From contig OZ024752.1 of assembly GCA_964016885.1 (NCBI GenBank), positions 31,806,001 through 31,870,000 of the forward strand: 64,000 nt of DNA. Direction: 5' to 3'. Below, piece after piece: positions 42,381 to 54,658 of the stretch. The notes beneath the pieces are model-generated. The model did no database searches. It had not been told where the DNA came from and saw only the letters and a list, made by a program, of their open reading frames with translations. Within the stretch, counting starts at the first letter, position 1, and every line of letters starts with the position of its first letter. The translations under genes and the position numbers were made by a program. Source of the stretch: Eledone cirrhosa (taxonomy: Eukaryota).

Positions 42381-42675
42381 GACTATGAAGGAGTGATGCT
42401 AGAGCTGTGAAATCTTACATGTATTAATTTCAACTCTTCTTATTAATAACTACATTGTTTCTTTCCAAGAACTATGTTGAAAAATAAACCTCATTTGGTC
42501 ATTCCATGAGAGTATCTTGGTCAGACTATGAAGGAGTGATGCTAGATCTGTGAAATCTTGCATGTATTAATTTCAACTATTCTTATTAGTGACTACATTT
42601 TTTCTTTCCAGAGATTATATTGAAAAATAAACCTTATTTGGTCTTTCCATGAGAGTATCTTAGTCAGCCTATGAC
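42381..42675. repeat. ~143-bp tandem duplication x2
   Basis: GACTATGAAGGAGTGATGCTAGA...CCATGAGAGTATCTT at 42381 and 42524. Confidence 0.88.
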
Positions 42676-42815
42676 ATTTTCGTCCAACCCTCGTATGTTA
42701 GCTGGGTTGCTGGAAGTTAACTACCAACATTATGCAGCATATTTCAATTAGCAATGCATTTAAAAAATTAAAAAATTAAAAACGTTAAAAAAAAATAAAA
42801 CACTGTCAACAGACA

Positions 42816-43190
42816 ATAATTGTTTCTACGTTTGGCACAGGGGCCATCAATTCCTCCAGTGCATTACTGGTAGTTTATTTTATCGACCCCGTAAGGATGA
42901 AAGGCAAAGTTAACCTCAGCGGGATTTGAACTCAGAACTTAAAGGGTCATAACTCCTATGGTGTAGCTATGGCCCTAGACAATAATACAGAAGACAAGGG
43001 CGGAGAATTGGCAGTATCAGTAGAGGGTCGGACGTCATGCTTTGCAGCAAAGAGTTATGGCCCTTTGTGTTTTGAGTTCAAATCCCGCCGAGGTTCACTT
43101 TGCCTTTCATCATTACGGGGTCGATAAAATAAAGTACCAGTAATACACTGGGATAATTGTTGGCCTTGTGCCAAAAGTAGAAACAATTAT
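42816..43190. mobile_element. Head-to-head pair of tRNA-derived SINEs (minus 42816-42960, plus 42998-43190)
   Basis: Family motifs on opposite strands about 40 bp apart. Further copies at 43820-44040(-), 46646-46862(+) and 47540-47835(+). Confidence 0.82.
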
Positions 43191-43609
43191 TTCAATATTA
43201 ATTATAGCGTGACAACGTCTATTGGTTAAGATGGCGCATCATATTGATCGGGAATAGAGAGAAGTAGATAGACAGAAGTAGAGAGAGGTAAGACGGATGT
43301 AGCGGGGTGGGGGGATAAGACAGAAGCAGGGAGGGGTGAGTAAGACTGAGGTAGCGAGGGGGGGGGGCGAGGGGCGAGTAAGACAAAGTAAGACAGAGTA
43401 ATGAAATTATGTGTAAAATATCAAGAATCCGAACATTTAAGTGAATCAATATATGTGTACATTGCGGTGCCCCAGCATGGCCTCAGCCAGTTGGCTGGAA
43501 CAGGTAACAAAGTAAAAGCGTAAAAGAATTCTTGAATTGTTATTTAGGAAAATAGAACTTAAATATAAATACACCTGAGATAAAATATATCTTTCTCAGG
43601 TTCTGTTGC

Positions 43610-43802
43610 TTCGATCCTTTTAGCTATGGAGCTAGAATGATGTTTAAAATCATTGTACAAGAGCATGGAGGATGTGCGACATGACTTCACTGCAAGATTC
43701 GGAAAACCAACTCCTCCGAAGAGGACGATACTGCGATGGGAACATAAACTGTTTCTCATTACTTTTTGGTAGGGGGTGACAAGACTTTCGGACCACCCTG
43801 TA
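43610..43802 (+). mobile_element. Possible Tc1/mariner remnant (one TIR-like end)
   Basis: Ends GACTTTCGGACCACCCTGTA, the reverse complement of a TA-CAGGGTGGTCC Tc1-like terminus. No partner TIR seen. Confidence 0.3.
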
Positions 43803-44484
43803 CATACTATTGGTAATGATGGTTTCTAATTTAAGAACAACGGGAACAATTTTCAGGGAGGAGAATGAGGCTTAAATCAATCCCAGTGCGTTACTGGTAC
43901 TTTATTTTATTGAACCCGTAAGGATGAAAAGCAAAACTAACCAAACAGGATTTGAAAACAGGATTTGAAATCAGAACTTAAAGGAACGTAACTCAAAGCA
44001 TATTTTCTGACACTCTCTCTACCGATACTGCCAATCCCCCCACCTCAACTATTGTACATAATATTAGTAAGGATAAGCACGACTATCTCCTTGAATTTAT
44101 TTATCCGCTTCATTGTCATGATTTGCTTGAAAAAGAAATATTTATTTTTGAGCCTATATACGCTATATACTTCTCTATGAGCTATGTACCATTGTAAAAG
44201 TGAATGCATTTACAACAAAGATAGTGATGCTGAAACAGAATTTCCCGCCCACGTTTAAGTTTGTTGCTAGACAGTCAATTTCAGTTTACTTGAGTGGCCT
44301 TGAGCTAACCAGCGCCTTGTGATTGGAAAATTTGGCAGATGGAAACTGTGTGGTATCGCATTGTGTGTGTGTGTGTGTGTGTGTGCCTGTGAATGATCAC
44401 GAAGGATGGGCGCCGTTTTCTCATATTTTAATTAATCCACTAAGCTGCTGGTATGCGTATGTTTCGGATATGTACTGATATAAA

Positions 44485-44550
<66 letters not shown>

Positions 44551-44553
<3 letters not shown>

Positions 44554-45243
44554 GAAGTGGTTGAAACACCACATTTACAAGGAGGAGGCTAGCCCACTGT
44601 GCATGATCTGTGGAGAGAGAGAGAGGAGACTGTGGCTCACATTGTATCCGAGTGTAAACACCTAGCACAGACTCACTATAAGGGCTGGAGACATGATGTG
44701 ATGGGCAGGGTGATCCACTGGCACCTATGCAAAGTAAACAATTTACCACATTCTGAGAAGTGGTATGAGCATAAGCCAGAGGTGGTGATAGAAAACGATC
44801 AGGTGAAGGTGCTGTGGGATTTTAGGATACAGACGGACAAGAAACTGGAACACAATAGACCTGACCTGGTGGTTTTGGACAAAGAAAAAAGATCGTGCCT
44901 GATTGTGGATGTGGCCTGCCCATTCGACACGAGAGTGCAAGAGAAGGAGAGAGAGAAAATTAACCGATACCAGGACTTAAAGTGGGAGGTAAAAAGGATT
45001 TGGAACTGCCATGAAGTCAAAGTGATCCCGATTGTCATAGGCGCACTAGGGACTATCTCAAAAAGTTTCCAGGGATGGTTAAAGAAAATTGGCCCCTTTT
45101 TGGAACGCTTCAAAAGGCATGCTTGCTGGGAACAGCAAGAACCCTCCGATACGTCCTGAATATCTGAGGCTGCAGGGAGTGGCTTGATATTCATCTCAAC
45201 AAACTTTCCAGTTAACTAACATCAATGACTGAGACTCAAAGAG
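44551..45243 (+). mobile_element. R4/Dong-clade LINE 3' fragment (CCHC knuckle + restriction-like endonuclease) in (TAA)n
   Basis: CMICGE..ETVAHIVSEC, WRHD, VLWD..IQTD....HNRPDLVV.DK....LIVDVACP, EK.REKI.RY..L, PIVIGALG; (TAA)n on both sides; frameshifted. Confidence 0.9.
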
Positions 45244-45250
45244 TAATAAC

Positions 45251-45315
<65 letters not shown>

Positions 45316-46307
45316 GTTGACGGAACTAGCGTGGGTTTTACTGCTAGTACCGGTTGCATCTCAGCGTACTCAATAGATAGTGTTAAGTAAACTCCCAGAG
45401 TAGACATATAGTTATTCGCTTCAATATAACGCATGTAAATGGGTACCTTCAATTATTGCTGTACTCGAGTTTTAGCCACACTTAATGCAGCAATAGAGTG
45501 CAAAGCACCCACTGTCCGCATGTATTATGCAACAATGCACAATCAGCGCATGTGGCTTCATCAGCGGGTTTTGCCTAATCAATAACCAATCGATCGATAG
45601 AATTCATTTCCAGTCCGTGCCGGCTATGACTGTATGTGACGGCCAACACAGTAAAACGTTAGCAACTGAAATCTCTACGCGTCATCACAATGCCGTCCCC
45701 CGATTGGCTAGCGATTCAGAAATTTACATGATGGCAGGAGACGAAATTCAAATAGTTCCGCTCCTGCTATAAGCACTCAGCCAACGTGTCTATGTGTGTG
45801 TGTTTTCATTTTGTCCAGAAAAGACGCAATGTTTAGACAAATCACAGAGGCAATAAACATAAATGAACTCCAACCAAAATTAAATAGAAAACATGAATGG
45901 AATAGCAACATGACAACTTACAATTAAGGACAAAATGAAAACACACACACATAGAACAAACAACCAACCAGTAAATAAACAAATAAACAAATAAAAACAC
46001 ACACAGACACCCGGATGTAACACGTGCGCAAACTAAGCACACAACACACACAAAAACAAGATGGCGTAGGACAGAACAAAGGAGAGGCACAAAACAAAGG
46101 AAAGAATCCCCAGTCAGTGAAGAGATTACAGAATGTGTGACGAAAGAACTTTGACAATATATGAACAACCGTCCGGTTGTGGAACCAACCAACCAACCGG
46201 AAATTTATACATTCTTAAATTTATGAATTTAATTTATAATAAATTGGAGTGAAAGCAACTGATGCATGTGTTTTTTATTGGCAACATGACCCTCCCAAAG
46301 TATAACA

Positions 46308-46342
<35 letters not shown>

Positions 46343-47299
46343 TGTATCTATCTACGGCGGGTAAAAATTCCCGAGATCCATGGACGAGTTCTCTCCAGCG
46401 GTCTCTGTCCCTCATTATCGCTGCCATGTCCTGCATCTCCAACAAATATAAAGTACACCAAATCCAATACTACTAGGGGCAGCCCTGGTTCTTCTTATTG
46501 GCCAATGTAAACTCGGCCAGATTAAATAGATTTAATTTGTCGTTCTATCAACTTCATAAATTGTAATTTATAACTTAAGTCGTTAAATCTGCCTTAGATA
46601 TATTCTGTGTGGGCGGTTGTGTATTATTTATTATATAGGCTGTCAGGGCGGTGGAGTGGCAGTATCGCTAGAGGGTCTGACACTATGCTTTGCATCATAG
46701 AGTTAGGGCCCTTTATGATCTGAGTTCAAATCCCGCCGAGGTTAACTTTGCCTTTCATCCTTACGGGTTCGATAAAATAAAGCACCATAACGTACTGGGG
46801 TCGATTTAATCGACTTACCCCTCACCCAAAACTGCTGGCCTTGTGCCTATATAAGAAACCATTATATAGGATGTCTCTAAATTAATCATTCATTTTCATT
46901 GCCTATTTTATTTTGCTCTTCAGATGGTGTTGACATCGTTGCATTTCTATTAAATCCTTTGAGGTTGCATAGTCAGGAATTTATCCTAATTGTAGTCTGC
47001 AGCGTTTGTTTTTAAATGAATACATTTGAGTATCTGTAGTATATTAGTTCGTTTCTCTTAATAAACAATGATATTTGATGGACTATATATACATTAATAT
47101 ACACATTAAACAACAAATCTAGAAAAATATTATGCAGAAATGATGATCTAGCAATTCCCAAAACATGGCCAAAGCCCAAACGCAGACAAAATTTAAAAAA
47201 TATAATCGTACAAACAATTCAGACAAACACTAATAAAAGCCAATGAAACCAGCCTGCCTATATTAAATTGCTAATATATAGCAATAAACCTAAACACAG

Positions 47300-47500
47300 G
47301 AAAACATTATTCATATAGGAAATCGTATGAAATTCTACTATGTGCAGAGAAACTATCCAACTACCCAGGTTGAGTAATAAATAACCGTCTCCATGACATA
47401 AGTCGAAGAATCTCTAAAATATCATCCTAACAAAACAATAACTGACAGAGAGGCTACTTTCTGTAAAAATATCCTAAATGTATGCGAGCTGTAAGATACA
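47300..47500 (+). pseudogene. Highly decayed PLE RT thumb-region remnant
   Basis: Across frameshifts it reads YRK..E.LLCA..SNYP......HDISRRISKISS*, like the PLE YRKP..SNHP..ISRRLS.ISS motif. Confidence 0.35.
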
Positions 47501-48149
47501 TCAGAACATACTAACATCAAAATACTAACGAAACGTAAAGGTGATTTGGCAGAATCGTGAGATCGCAGAAAAAGTGCATTCCGGCTCGTTATATACTGAG
47601 TTCAAATCCCTTCTAGGTCAACGTTACCATTCATTATTTCAGGTGGATTTGCAGTATCGGTAGAGGGTCGGACAACGTTTGCGGCATCGAGTTACGACCC
47701 TTTACTTTCTAAGTTCAAATCCAGCTGAGGTTAGATTTGCCTTTCATCCTTACGGGGTCGATAAAATAAAGTACTAGTAACGTAATGAGGTCGATTTTAT
47801 TGACTTTCCCCGCCCCCAAAATGGTTGGCCTTGTAATTATTTCCGGTTGTTAAAATACATTACCAATCTAGAAATCTTAAAATGTTAGACCAGATTCCTT
47901 CTAGTATTTGTTACAGGACTTCGCGTTCTCGGTTCAAATCTCGCGAGCACTTGGATAGTAGATTAAATCCGTCACCCGATTCAACATTAGCACTTGGTAC
48001 TTTCGGGTACTTAGTGTAGTCCAATCTGTTGAAACTCACAGTCCAGGACTTTCACCCCTCTAACAGGTCTCATAGGACCAGAAAAGGGCCATGGGTGCTG
48101 CTCTATTTCTCCCTAATTAAACAACAAATAAATATATACGTGGTTTTAT

Positions 48150-48208
<59 letters not shown>

Positions 48209-48449
48209 TAGATAGATAAATTTCTATTTATTTGCCACGAGGGCACAAAAGAAGGGGACATTTACACAGTGGGGGAGTTTACATAAATCGAGTAAAGAAA
48301 AAGGAATAACAATAATAATATAACAATAAAAAGTCCTCAAAAGGGAGGGGGCGTGTTGGGGATTGCACATACCCCCGAAAAGTGTGCAACTCTTTTCGCG
48401 GGGGAAGCCCAGAGAGGAGGCGCTCCCCCTTTCCTCTTCACTTCTTCAC

Positions 48450-51400
48450 CTACAGAACAATGTAGAGAGAAGGCCCATTTACACGGGCCATTCTCGCTTC
48501 TTTCACCCACCTTTCATAAAACTGTCTGGGACCAAGCACTTCTCTCTCCATCCTGATCCTTCTTCCGAAGTGGTATCGGAAGAAGTAAACCAGGTGATGG
48601 CCGGAGAGAAAGTCACCCGACCTCAGACCTTTCAGGCGCGTCCACCACACAACCTCTTTCATCATGGTTATTACGCACAGAAAGACCGCCTCTGCTTCAT
48701 TTCTGAAGGGAGGAGGCGGCTTGATGTTCACCACAGACTCGGCGGTTAATCGAATCGGCACCACACGCGACAGCAGTCGTTCGACGTAGCCCCACAGATC
48801 GGCAACGCCCGGGCAGTGTACCAGTGCATGCGCAACGGTTTCCTCGTCGCGCACGCATCTGGGACAGATCTTTTTCGCGGGATCCCTGCCTGGGCGCCCG
48901 TGTCTGTAGAGCTTTTCTCGAACGGGCAGAGCCCCCCGGTAACACTGCCAGGCTAGGGACCTCTGGAAGTTGTCCATGGGTCCCGGGCCGAAAGTTCTAC
49001 CGAACAGGCTGGCCAGTTCGTCCTCCTCCATGCCTAGCGACTCTCCAAGGGTGTCGCCGCCCCTGCTAGCCACCAATCCTCTATAGAATGTCGAGGTGGA
49101 TTCTCCACTGACAGTCGGGTCCGCTTGCCAGATAGCCGTGAGCGCCTGGGCACACTCGGTGTGCCAGTTGCCCAGTTTTCTCGGTCTTTGCTTCACCCAG
49201 GATTGCAGTTCGGTGAGCGAGACGAGCTGTGGGAAGGCTCGCCTCACAAATGGGGCCCACACCGGCTGACCGTTGAGGAATACCTGTAGATGCCGTAGCC
49301 TCAATGCGTGCCTACGCATCAACAGCCACGGCATACCCAGCCCTCCTTTCGAAGGGTGCTGGCAGCAGATGGATCTCCTCACCATGGGAGGCCGCTTCTT
49401 CCAGAGGAACTGGAAGAGCATGCGTTCCATGATGGTGAGCTTTTCCTTGGGGAAAGGCACGACGGTCAGGCGGTAGTAGATGACGGACGCTATGTAAGCG
49501 TTCGTCACCTCCGCCCGACCTTTCAGTGATAGTTTGCACTTGGCCCACTTCTGGGTCAGCGCAAACACCCTGCTCGTTACCTCGCCCCAATTCTTCTCCA
49601 CCTGGAGGTCCGGTCCGAACCAGACCCCGAGCAGCTTCACCAGGCCCTCCGTCCACCGCCCGACGACACCGTCTAACGGCATCGGTTTGCCCCTCCACGT
49701 TCCGAGTTGCAAACCGACTGACTTGTCCTGGTTCAGCCTAGCCCCCGTCAGCCTTTCGTATTCCTCCAGTAGGGTGGCGATCGCCCCGATTTCCGAGGCG
49801 TCCGCCACCATTACTGTTACGTCGTCGGCATAGGCCGAGACCGCTTTGTGCAATCCCGGTTCCAGGGGTATGCCCCGCAGCAACTCCAACTTCCGCAGCA
49901 GTGGCTCGAGAGTCAATACGTACAGAAGGGAGGAGAGGGGGCACCCCTGTCTGATGGATCGGGTGATTTGAAACGGCTCCGAGAGGTAGCCGTTTACTTT
50001 AATCCTAGAGTAGATGTTGCCACTGTGCATGGCAGAAATCCAGCCCCTGAAAACGGGTCCGAAGCCCGCCGCCGCTAGCACCGCATCCAGGTAACCATGG
50101 TCGACCCTATCGAACGCCTTAGATTGATCCAAGTTGATCAGGGCCCCACCAAAGCCGGGTTCGTTGCCAACCCTCTCTATGATGTATCGCATGAGGTGGA
50201 GGTTGTCGTGAATGGACCTGGACGGGATAGCGCATGTCTGCGCGTCTCCCACCAAACCACCCACCACAAGCGCCAACCTCTTCGCCAACACCTTGGCCAA
50301 AATCTGTAACTCTGCATTCAGCAGAGTTATGGGCCTAAAGTTACTTAAGTCGTCCCCCTTGCTCTCGTCCTTCCTCACTAGCGTGACCACGCCCTTGGTC
50401 ACAGAACAGGGAATTCTCCCGTTCTGTTGCCAGTTGCAATAGACAGCCTCGAGGAGTTCGGAGAACAAGACCGGCATAGCTAAATAAAGTTCGTATGGTA
50501 GACCATCGAGACCCGGGGATTTGCGTCTGCTGCATTGGCTGAGCGCTTCCCCGATTTCAGTGGCTGTGATTGGCCTTTCGCAGCACTCCGCTTCGCCGCT
50601 CGAAAGACGCGGTAGACCGTCGAGGTATGGACCGAAGTCCACATCCCCGTCCGGCCCCCCGCCCCCTCCGAACAGTCGAGCAAAGTGCCTTTGAAAGGCC
50701 TCGCACATCCGCTCAGGTTCAAGGATCACCCGTCCATCCTGGTCTCGCAAAGACCGAATGGTGGATTTAATCCCACTCTTGGCTTCTGTCACGCGGGCCC
50801 AGCTAACAGCTTTGGTCCCCTCGTTTCCTAAAGCACGTATTTTACTTCGGACAACGCAGCCTTCGTGCTTCGCGTCAAAGAACTGGCTCAACGCCGTTCT
50901 CGTCGCTAACACTCTGGCTACGTCTCCGCTCCTAATCGCCTCTTCTAGTTTATCTGTTAACTCCCTTTCCTTCCTATTTCTATTCGCCGCTAGTTCCTTA
51001 CTGTAACCTATCGAACTTACTCTAATCTCTTTCTTTAGAGATACCCACCACCTACTGTTGACGATCGCTCCCGTCAACCGCATCTTAACTAAGCTACTAA
51101 TCCGGTTTCTGTAATCTTTCTTTGCCGGCAAGGACAAGTTCATCTTCCAGTAACCGGGACCCTGTCTATGCGTTCTATCAAGGTTGACCACGCAGGTCAC
51201 TAATTTGTGATCTGAATAGCCAACCATGATCAATTCTGGACAACTAAATACGTCCCTATCCTTACTCCTAACCAAAAACCTATCTAGGTACGATCTAGAT
51301 TGTCCACTGCGGTTTGCCCAGGTCCAGGTTGGCGCAGTTGGACAATCTAGTCGAAATCTATCGACCAGGTCGAATCGATCGAGTAACCCCTTGAGGCTGC

Positions 51401-51677
51401 TACACCCCCCTCTATCGGGACATGCCCCTGCATAGTCCCAACGCGCATCTAGGATTCCATTCCAGTCCCCCACTAAAAGCAGGGAACGCGACGTTCCTAG
51501 AAAAGTCTCCAGACGCTGGAAAAAGTCGGCTCTTTCCGCCCCGAAGGGGGCATAAAGACCGACCAGTCTGAAAGCCCCGCCTTCACCGCCTCCGACGTCC
51601 AGCACCAGTAATCGACCCCCCGGGTCCGAGTGAACAATCTGTACGTCGAGAGCCAGACGTTTTTCCAGCAGTACGGC
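48450..51677 (-). CDS. LINE ORF2: APE endonuclease (N-terminus deleted) - reverse transcriptase - CCHC zinc knuckle
   Basis: AVLL, DPGGR, LYAP, VGDWN, SYLDRFL, SDH (APE); KSPGLDG, FRPITLLN, LDQSKAFD, RQGCPLS, AYADD, KLLGV (RT); CPRC....ETVAHALVHC. Uninterrupted over more than 1050 codons. Confidence 0.93.
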   Translation of the reverse strand, partial: AVLLEKRLALDVQIVHSDPGGRLLVLDVGGGEGGAFRLVGLYAPFGAERADFFQRLETFLGTSRSLLLVGDWNGILDARWDYAGACPDRGGCSSLKGLLDRFDLVDRFRLDCPTAPTWTWANRSGQSRSYLDRFLVRSKDRDVFSCPELIMVGYSDHKLVTCVVNLDRTHRQGPGYWKMNLSLPAKKDYRNRISSLVKMRLTGAIVNSRWWVSLKKEIRVSSIGYSKELAANRNRKERELTDKLEEAIRSGDVARVLATRTALSQFFDAKHEGCVVRSKIRALGNEGTKAVSWARVTEAKSGIKSTIRSLRDQDGRVILEPERMCEAFQRHFARLFGGGGGPDGDVDFGPYLDGLPRLSSGEAECCERPITATEIGEALSQCSRRKSPGLDGLPYELYLAMPVLFSELLEAVYCNWQQNGRIPCSVTKGVVTLVRKDESKGDDLSNFRPITLLNAELQILAKVLAKRLALVVGGLVGDAQTCAIPSRSIHDNLHLMRYIIERVGNEPGFGGALINLDQSKAFDRVDHGYLDAVLAAAGFGPVFRGWISAMHSGNIYSRIKVNGYLSEPFQITRSIRQGCPLSSLLYVLTLEPLLRKLELLRGIPLEPGLHKAVSAYADDVTVMVADASEIGAIATLLEEYERLTGARLNQDKSVGLQLGTWRGKPMPLDGVVGRWTEGLVKLLGVWFGPDLQVEKNWGEVTSRVFALTQKWAKCKLSLKGRAEVTNAYIASVIYYRLTVVPFPKEKLTIMERMLFQFLWKKRPPMVRRSICCQHPSKGGLGMPWLLMRRHALRLRHLQVFLNGQPVWAPFVRRAFPQLVSLTELQSWVKQRPRKLGNWHTECAQALTAIWQADPTVSGESTSTFYRGLVASRGGDTLGESLGMEEDELASLFGRTFGPGPMDNFQRSLAWQCYRGALPVREKLYRHGRPGRDPAKKICPRCVRDEETVAHALVHCPGVADLWGYVERLLSRVVPIRLTAESVVNIKPPPPFRNEAEAVFLCVITMMKEVVWWTRLKGLRSGDFLSGHHLVYFFRYHFGRRIRMEREVLGPRQFYERWVKEARMARVNGPSLYIVL

Positions 51678-51699
51678 ATTGGTGTTGAAAGTGAAGAAA

Positions 51700-53505
51700 G
51701 AAAAGCACCTACCTCTCCGGGTTGTGTAATTTCCATGGCATCAGGTGTGTTGGGTGGAGGGATGTTTTGTGGTGGTGTGGGGGTATCCGTGTGTGGTGGG
51801 GATGGGGTATTTGGAGTTGTGTCAGGGAGAGGGGCGGTTATGGGGAAATCTTTCAAGAGGACGCGATTTAACGGTTTTAAACAGGGAGGGGCTCACGTCC
51901 CGTCTAAATTGTTCTTTTAAGGAACGATAAAGGTCCAGAGGGACCTTTATCATTTTTAAATGGGTGAAGTTCTCTGTTGAGATAAAGTATGGCCCTTCGG
52001 TCTGCACCATAGGGTTATTGTTTATTAATTTAACCAGTTTTTTGTTTTCTTTATTTATATATGTGTATTGCAACGTCTTGTTTTGTGATGCTGTCAATGT
52101 TTCGGAGAGGGGAGGCGCAGATTTATTTTTGTTTGTTGAGGGTGGGGTGTTTTTGATTGGAGTTGGTGTTTGTGTGTGGGTTATTTGTGGTGTGCTGGGT
52201 GTGTGTTTTCTTTTTTTTTTCTTTTAACTTGTCTGAAGGCTTCTCCTCCTTCTTCTTCAGAAGTTGGGGGAAACTCTTCAGCGCTAGGTGGGCGGGACGT
52301 GTTGTGTGATTGTTTTTTTTTGCGGGAGGGGTAGATTTGTTACTGTTTTTTTTATTATTTGTTTGGAATGGGTTTTGTGGTGGTGGTGGTGGTAATGTTT
52401 GTGTCGTGCTTGTGGTTGGTGATGGTGATGTTTGTGTTGTGGTTGGTGGTGGTGATTTTTGTGTCGTGCTTGTGTTTGGTGCTGGTGGTGGTGATGTTTG
52501 TGTTGTGTTTGTGGTTGGTGGTGTCTGTATTTTGTTTGCTGTGTGTGGTATTAGTGTATTTTTGGAGGTGGGTGGTGTTGGTGTACTGTTTGTGGTGGGT
52601 GTGGGCAATAGTCCTTTTTGGGGGATACGTTTCGGGCAGTTAGCCTTAACGTGTCCCCTTTCCATGCATAAATAGCATGCTGGTCTTCTCCCCTCTACAA
52701 TTATGTCTATTGGGGTAAGGTCATCCAGCCAGATGCGATCCGGGATTTGTGCTATTCTTTCGGGCCTCATTTGGACTAGTATGTCGAGGCCCATTCCCAG
52801 GAACGCATCTCCAGTTGCCTTCCCCATTGACAGCATTGTGTCTTCGCCCATGTCTATGAAGCCAGCAATAGCCCACCAGAAGTCCATTGTGGGCAGCATT
52901 GTTTTTACTTTTACTCTCTGTGTTCTTCTACCCATGTAGGAGGGATAGAAGCTGTATGTTGTCGATGAGAGTGGGCTTAGGGAAAGCTTCTCCGCCGTTT
53001 CCTTGTCTTTTGTTAAGACCGAAATGCTGCCATAGAGTCGGTCCTTTCGTATGAAGAGAATATTCTTCATATATTCTTTTAGGACCAACTCTATTTCCAT
53101 TTGGCTGGGCTGTGCTGGCTTTCTTGTCTGGTTCAGTATAGTTCTGAAGAGAACTGTGTTCTCTGTTCTTTCTTTCTTGAATTATGGGGGGGAGTTAATG
53201 GAAAACATTCCGTTCTCCCCCAAAACAATGTGTTTCTTTGCTTCGGCCAGTTTTTCTCTGGCGGAAGTTAGGTCAATTGGTGTGTATGTAATGGATTGTT
53301 TTGTTTTCTGGGCGAAAGTTGCCCTGTTGTTATTCGTATTATTTTCTGTTTGTTTGTTTTCCGTTTGCTCATTTTCTTTAACATTTGTTTTTTCATTTTC
53401 TTTGTTTGTTTCATTGTCTAATTTTGTTGTAATTATTTTTTGTTCTTCAGACTTGGGGGGCGTGGCAGAGCTAATGGCAGACATGTCTGCCATCTTTTCC
53501 GCCAT
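51700..53505 (-). pseudogene. LINE ORF1 (gag-like, zinc knuckle), disrupted
   Basis: EGRRPACYLCMERGHVKANCP (CX2CX4HX4C) and a Pro/Thr-rich tail. In-frame TAA at 53182-53184 and frameshifts near 52210 and 51850. Confidence 0.8.
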
Positions 53506-53870
53506 GCTGCCAAGAAAGAAATTTTTCGGCAAAAATAGATATTTATTTTACCCCCTAAAAAGGGGGTAAATGCAAAAATGTTTCCCTAAATAACAGGGGT
53601 TAGTGTTCCAAATGTGTTGCACTGAAAAATTTATCCGGTACTTACAATAGTAAGGGTAAATCCCGATGGAATAGCGGAGCCGATGTGAAACGTGTCTTAC
53701 TCTATCAAGATAGATAGATAGATAGATAGAGATATATATGTATATAAATAGGGAGACACAAAGCAGGCTTTGTTTAACTTTGATAACTTTGATAGGTTCT
53801 GGTCAGTATTGGCTCAGGCCATGTCTAAGTTAATAGCACCCACTGGCTTACAAACGGCTAGCGAATTTGA

Positions 53871-54156
53871 AAATTAGGTAGTAACATGTGCTTATGCCGT
53901 ATTTGACTAAACAGAATTAGTCTGTTAGTTGGGATTTAAAAAACCCCTCTGATTTCAAAAAAGGATGAGGGGCACGAACCCACATCTTTGGTTTGCCGGA
54001 CCAGTGTGTAACACATTGGTCCGGCAATGTGGGTTCATGTTCCATGTATATCGATACTCATGCTTTTTTTCCATTCAAAGGGGTTTTTAAAAAAAATCTC
54101 AACAGACTACTTCTATTTAGTCAAATACGGCATAAGCACATGTTACTACCTAATTT
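53871..54156. mobile_element. ~290-bp foldback / MITE-like palindrome
   Basis: AAATTAGGTAGTAACATGTGCTTATGCCGTATTTGACTAAA is inverted at 54116-54156. Inner hairpin GAACCCACAT..TTGCCGGACCAGTGTGT / ACACATTGGTCCGGCAATGTGGGTTC. Confidence 0.7.
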
Positions 54157-54467
54157 ATATATATATATATATATATATAGGGAGGGGGGGGGGGGTATGT
54201 GTATACACATATACGTATATATAGCGATATATATATATATCGCTATATATATACGTATATATATATATATATATATACGTATATATATTTATATATATAT
54301 ATATATATATATAGGCAATAGATAAGATCCTAATAATTATACATATGCATACACGCACGCGCATATTTATGTGTGTGTGTATGTGTGTGGTGTGTCAATA
54401 ACGATGTATATACATGTGTGTGTGCGTGTGTGTGTATGTGGGAGGACGTATGTGTATACACATATAC

Positions 54468-54538
<71 letters not shown>

Positions 54539-54586
54539 TATAGGTAATAGATACGATGTTAATAAATATACATATGCATACACACA

Positions 54587-54658
<72 letters not shown>

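Larger units (their letters stand above)
48219..53707 (-). mobile_element. Near full-length Tx1/L1-clade non-LTR retrotransposon (5.5 kb)
   Basis: 5'UTR, ORF1, ORF2, 3'UTR ending AAATAAATAGAAATT. Flanked by AGATAGATAGATA on both sides; boundaries confirmed by the empty-site paralog at 55298-55521. Confidence 0.93.

Noticed and set aside
48353-51435. Short plus-strand ORFs over the LINE
   Set aside because: They are antisense shadows of the GC-rich ORF2 with no independent signal.
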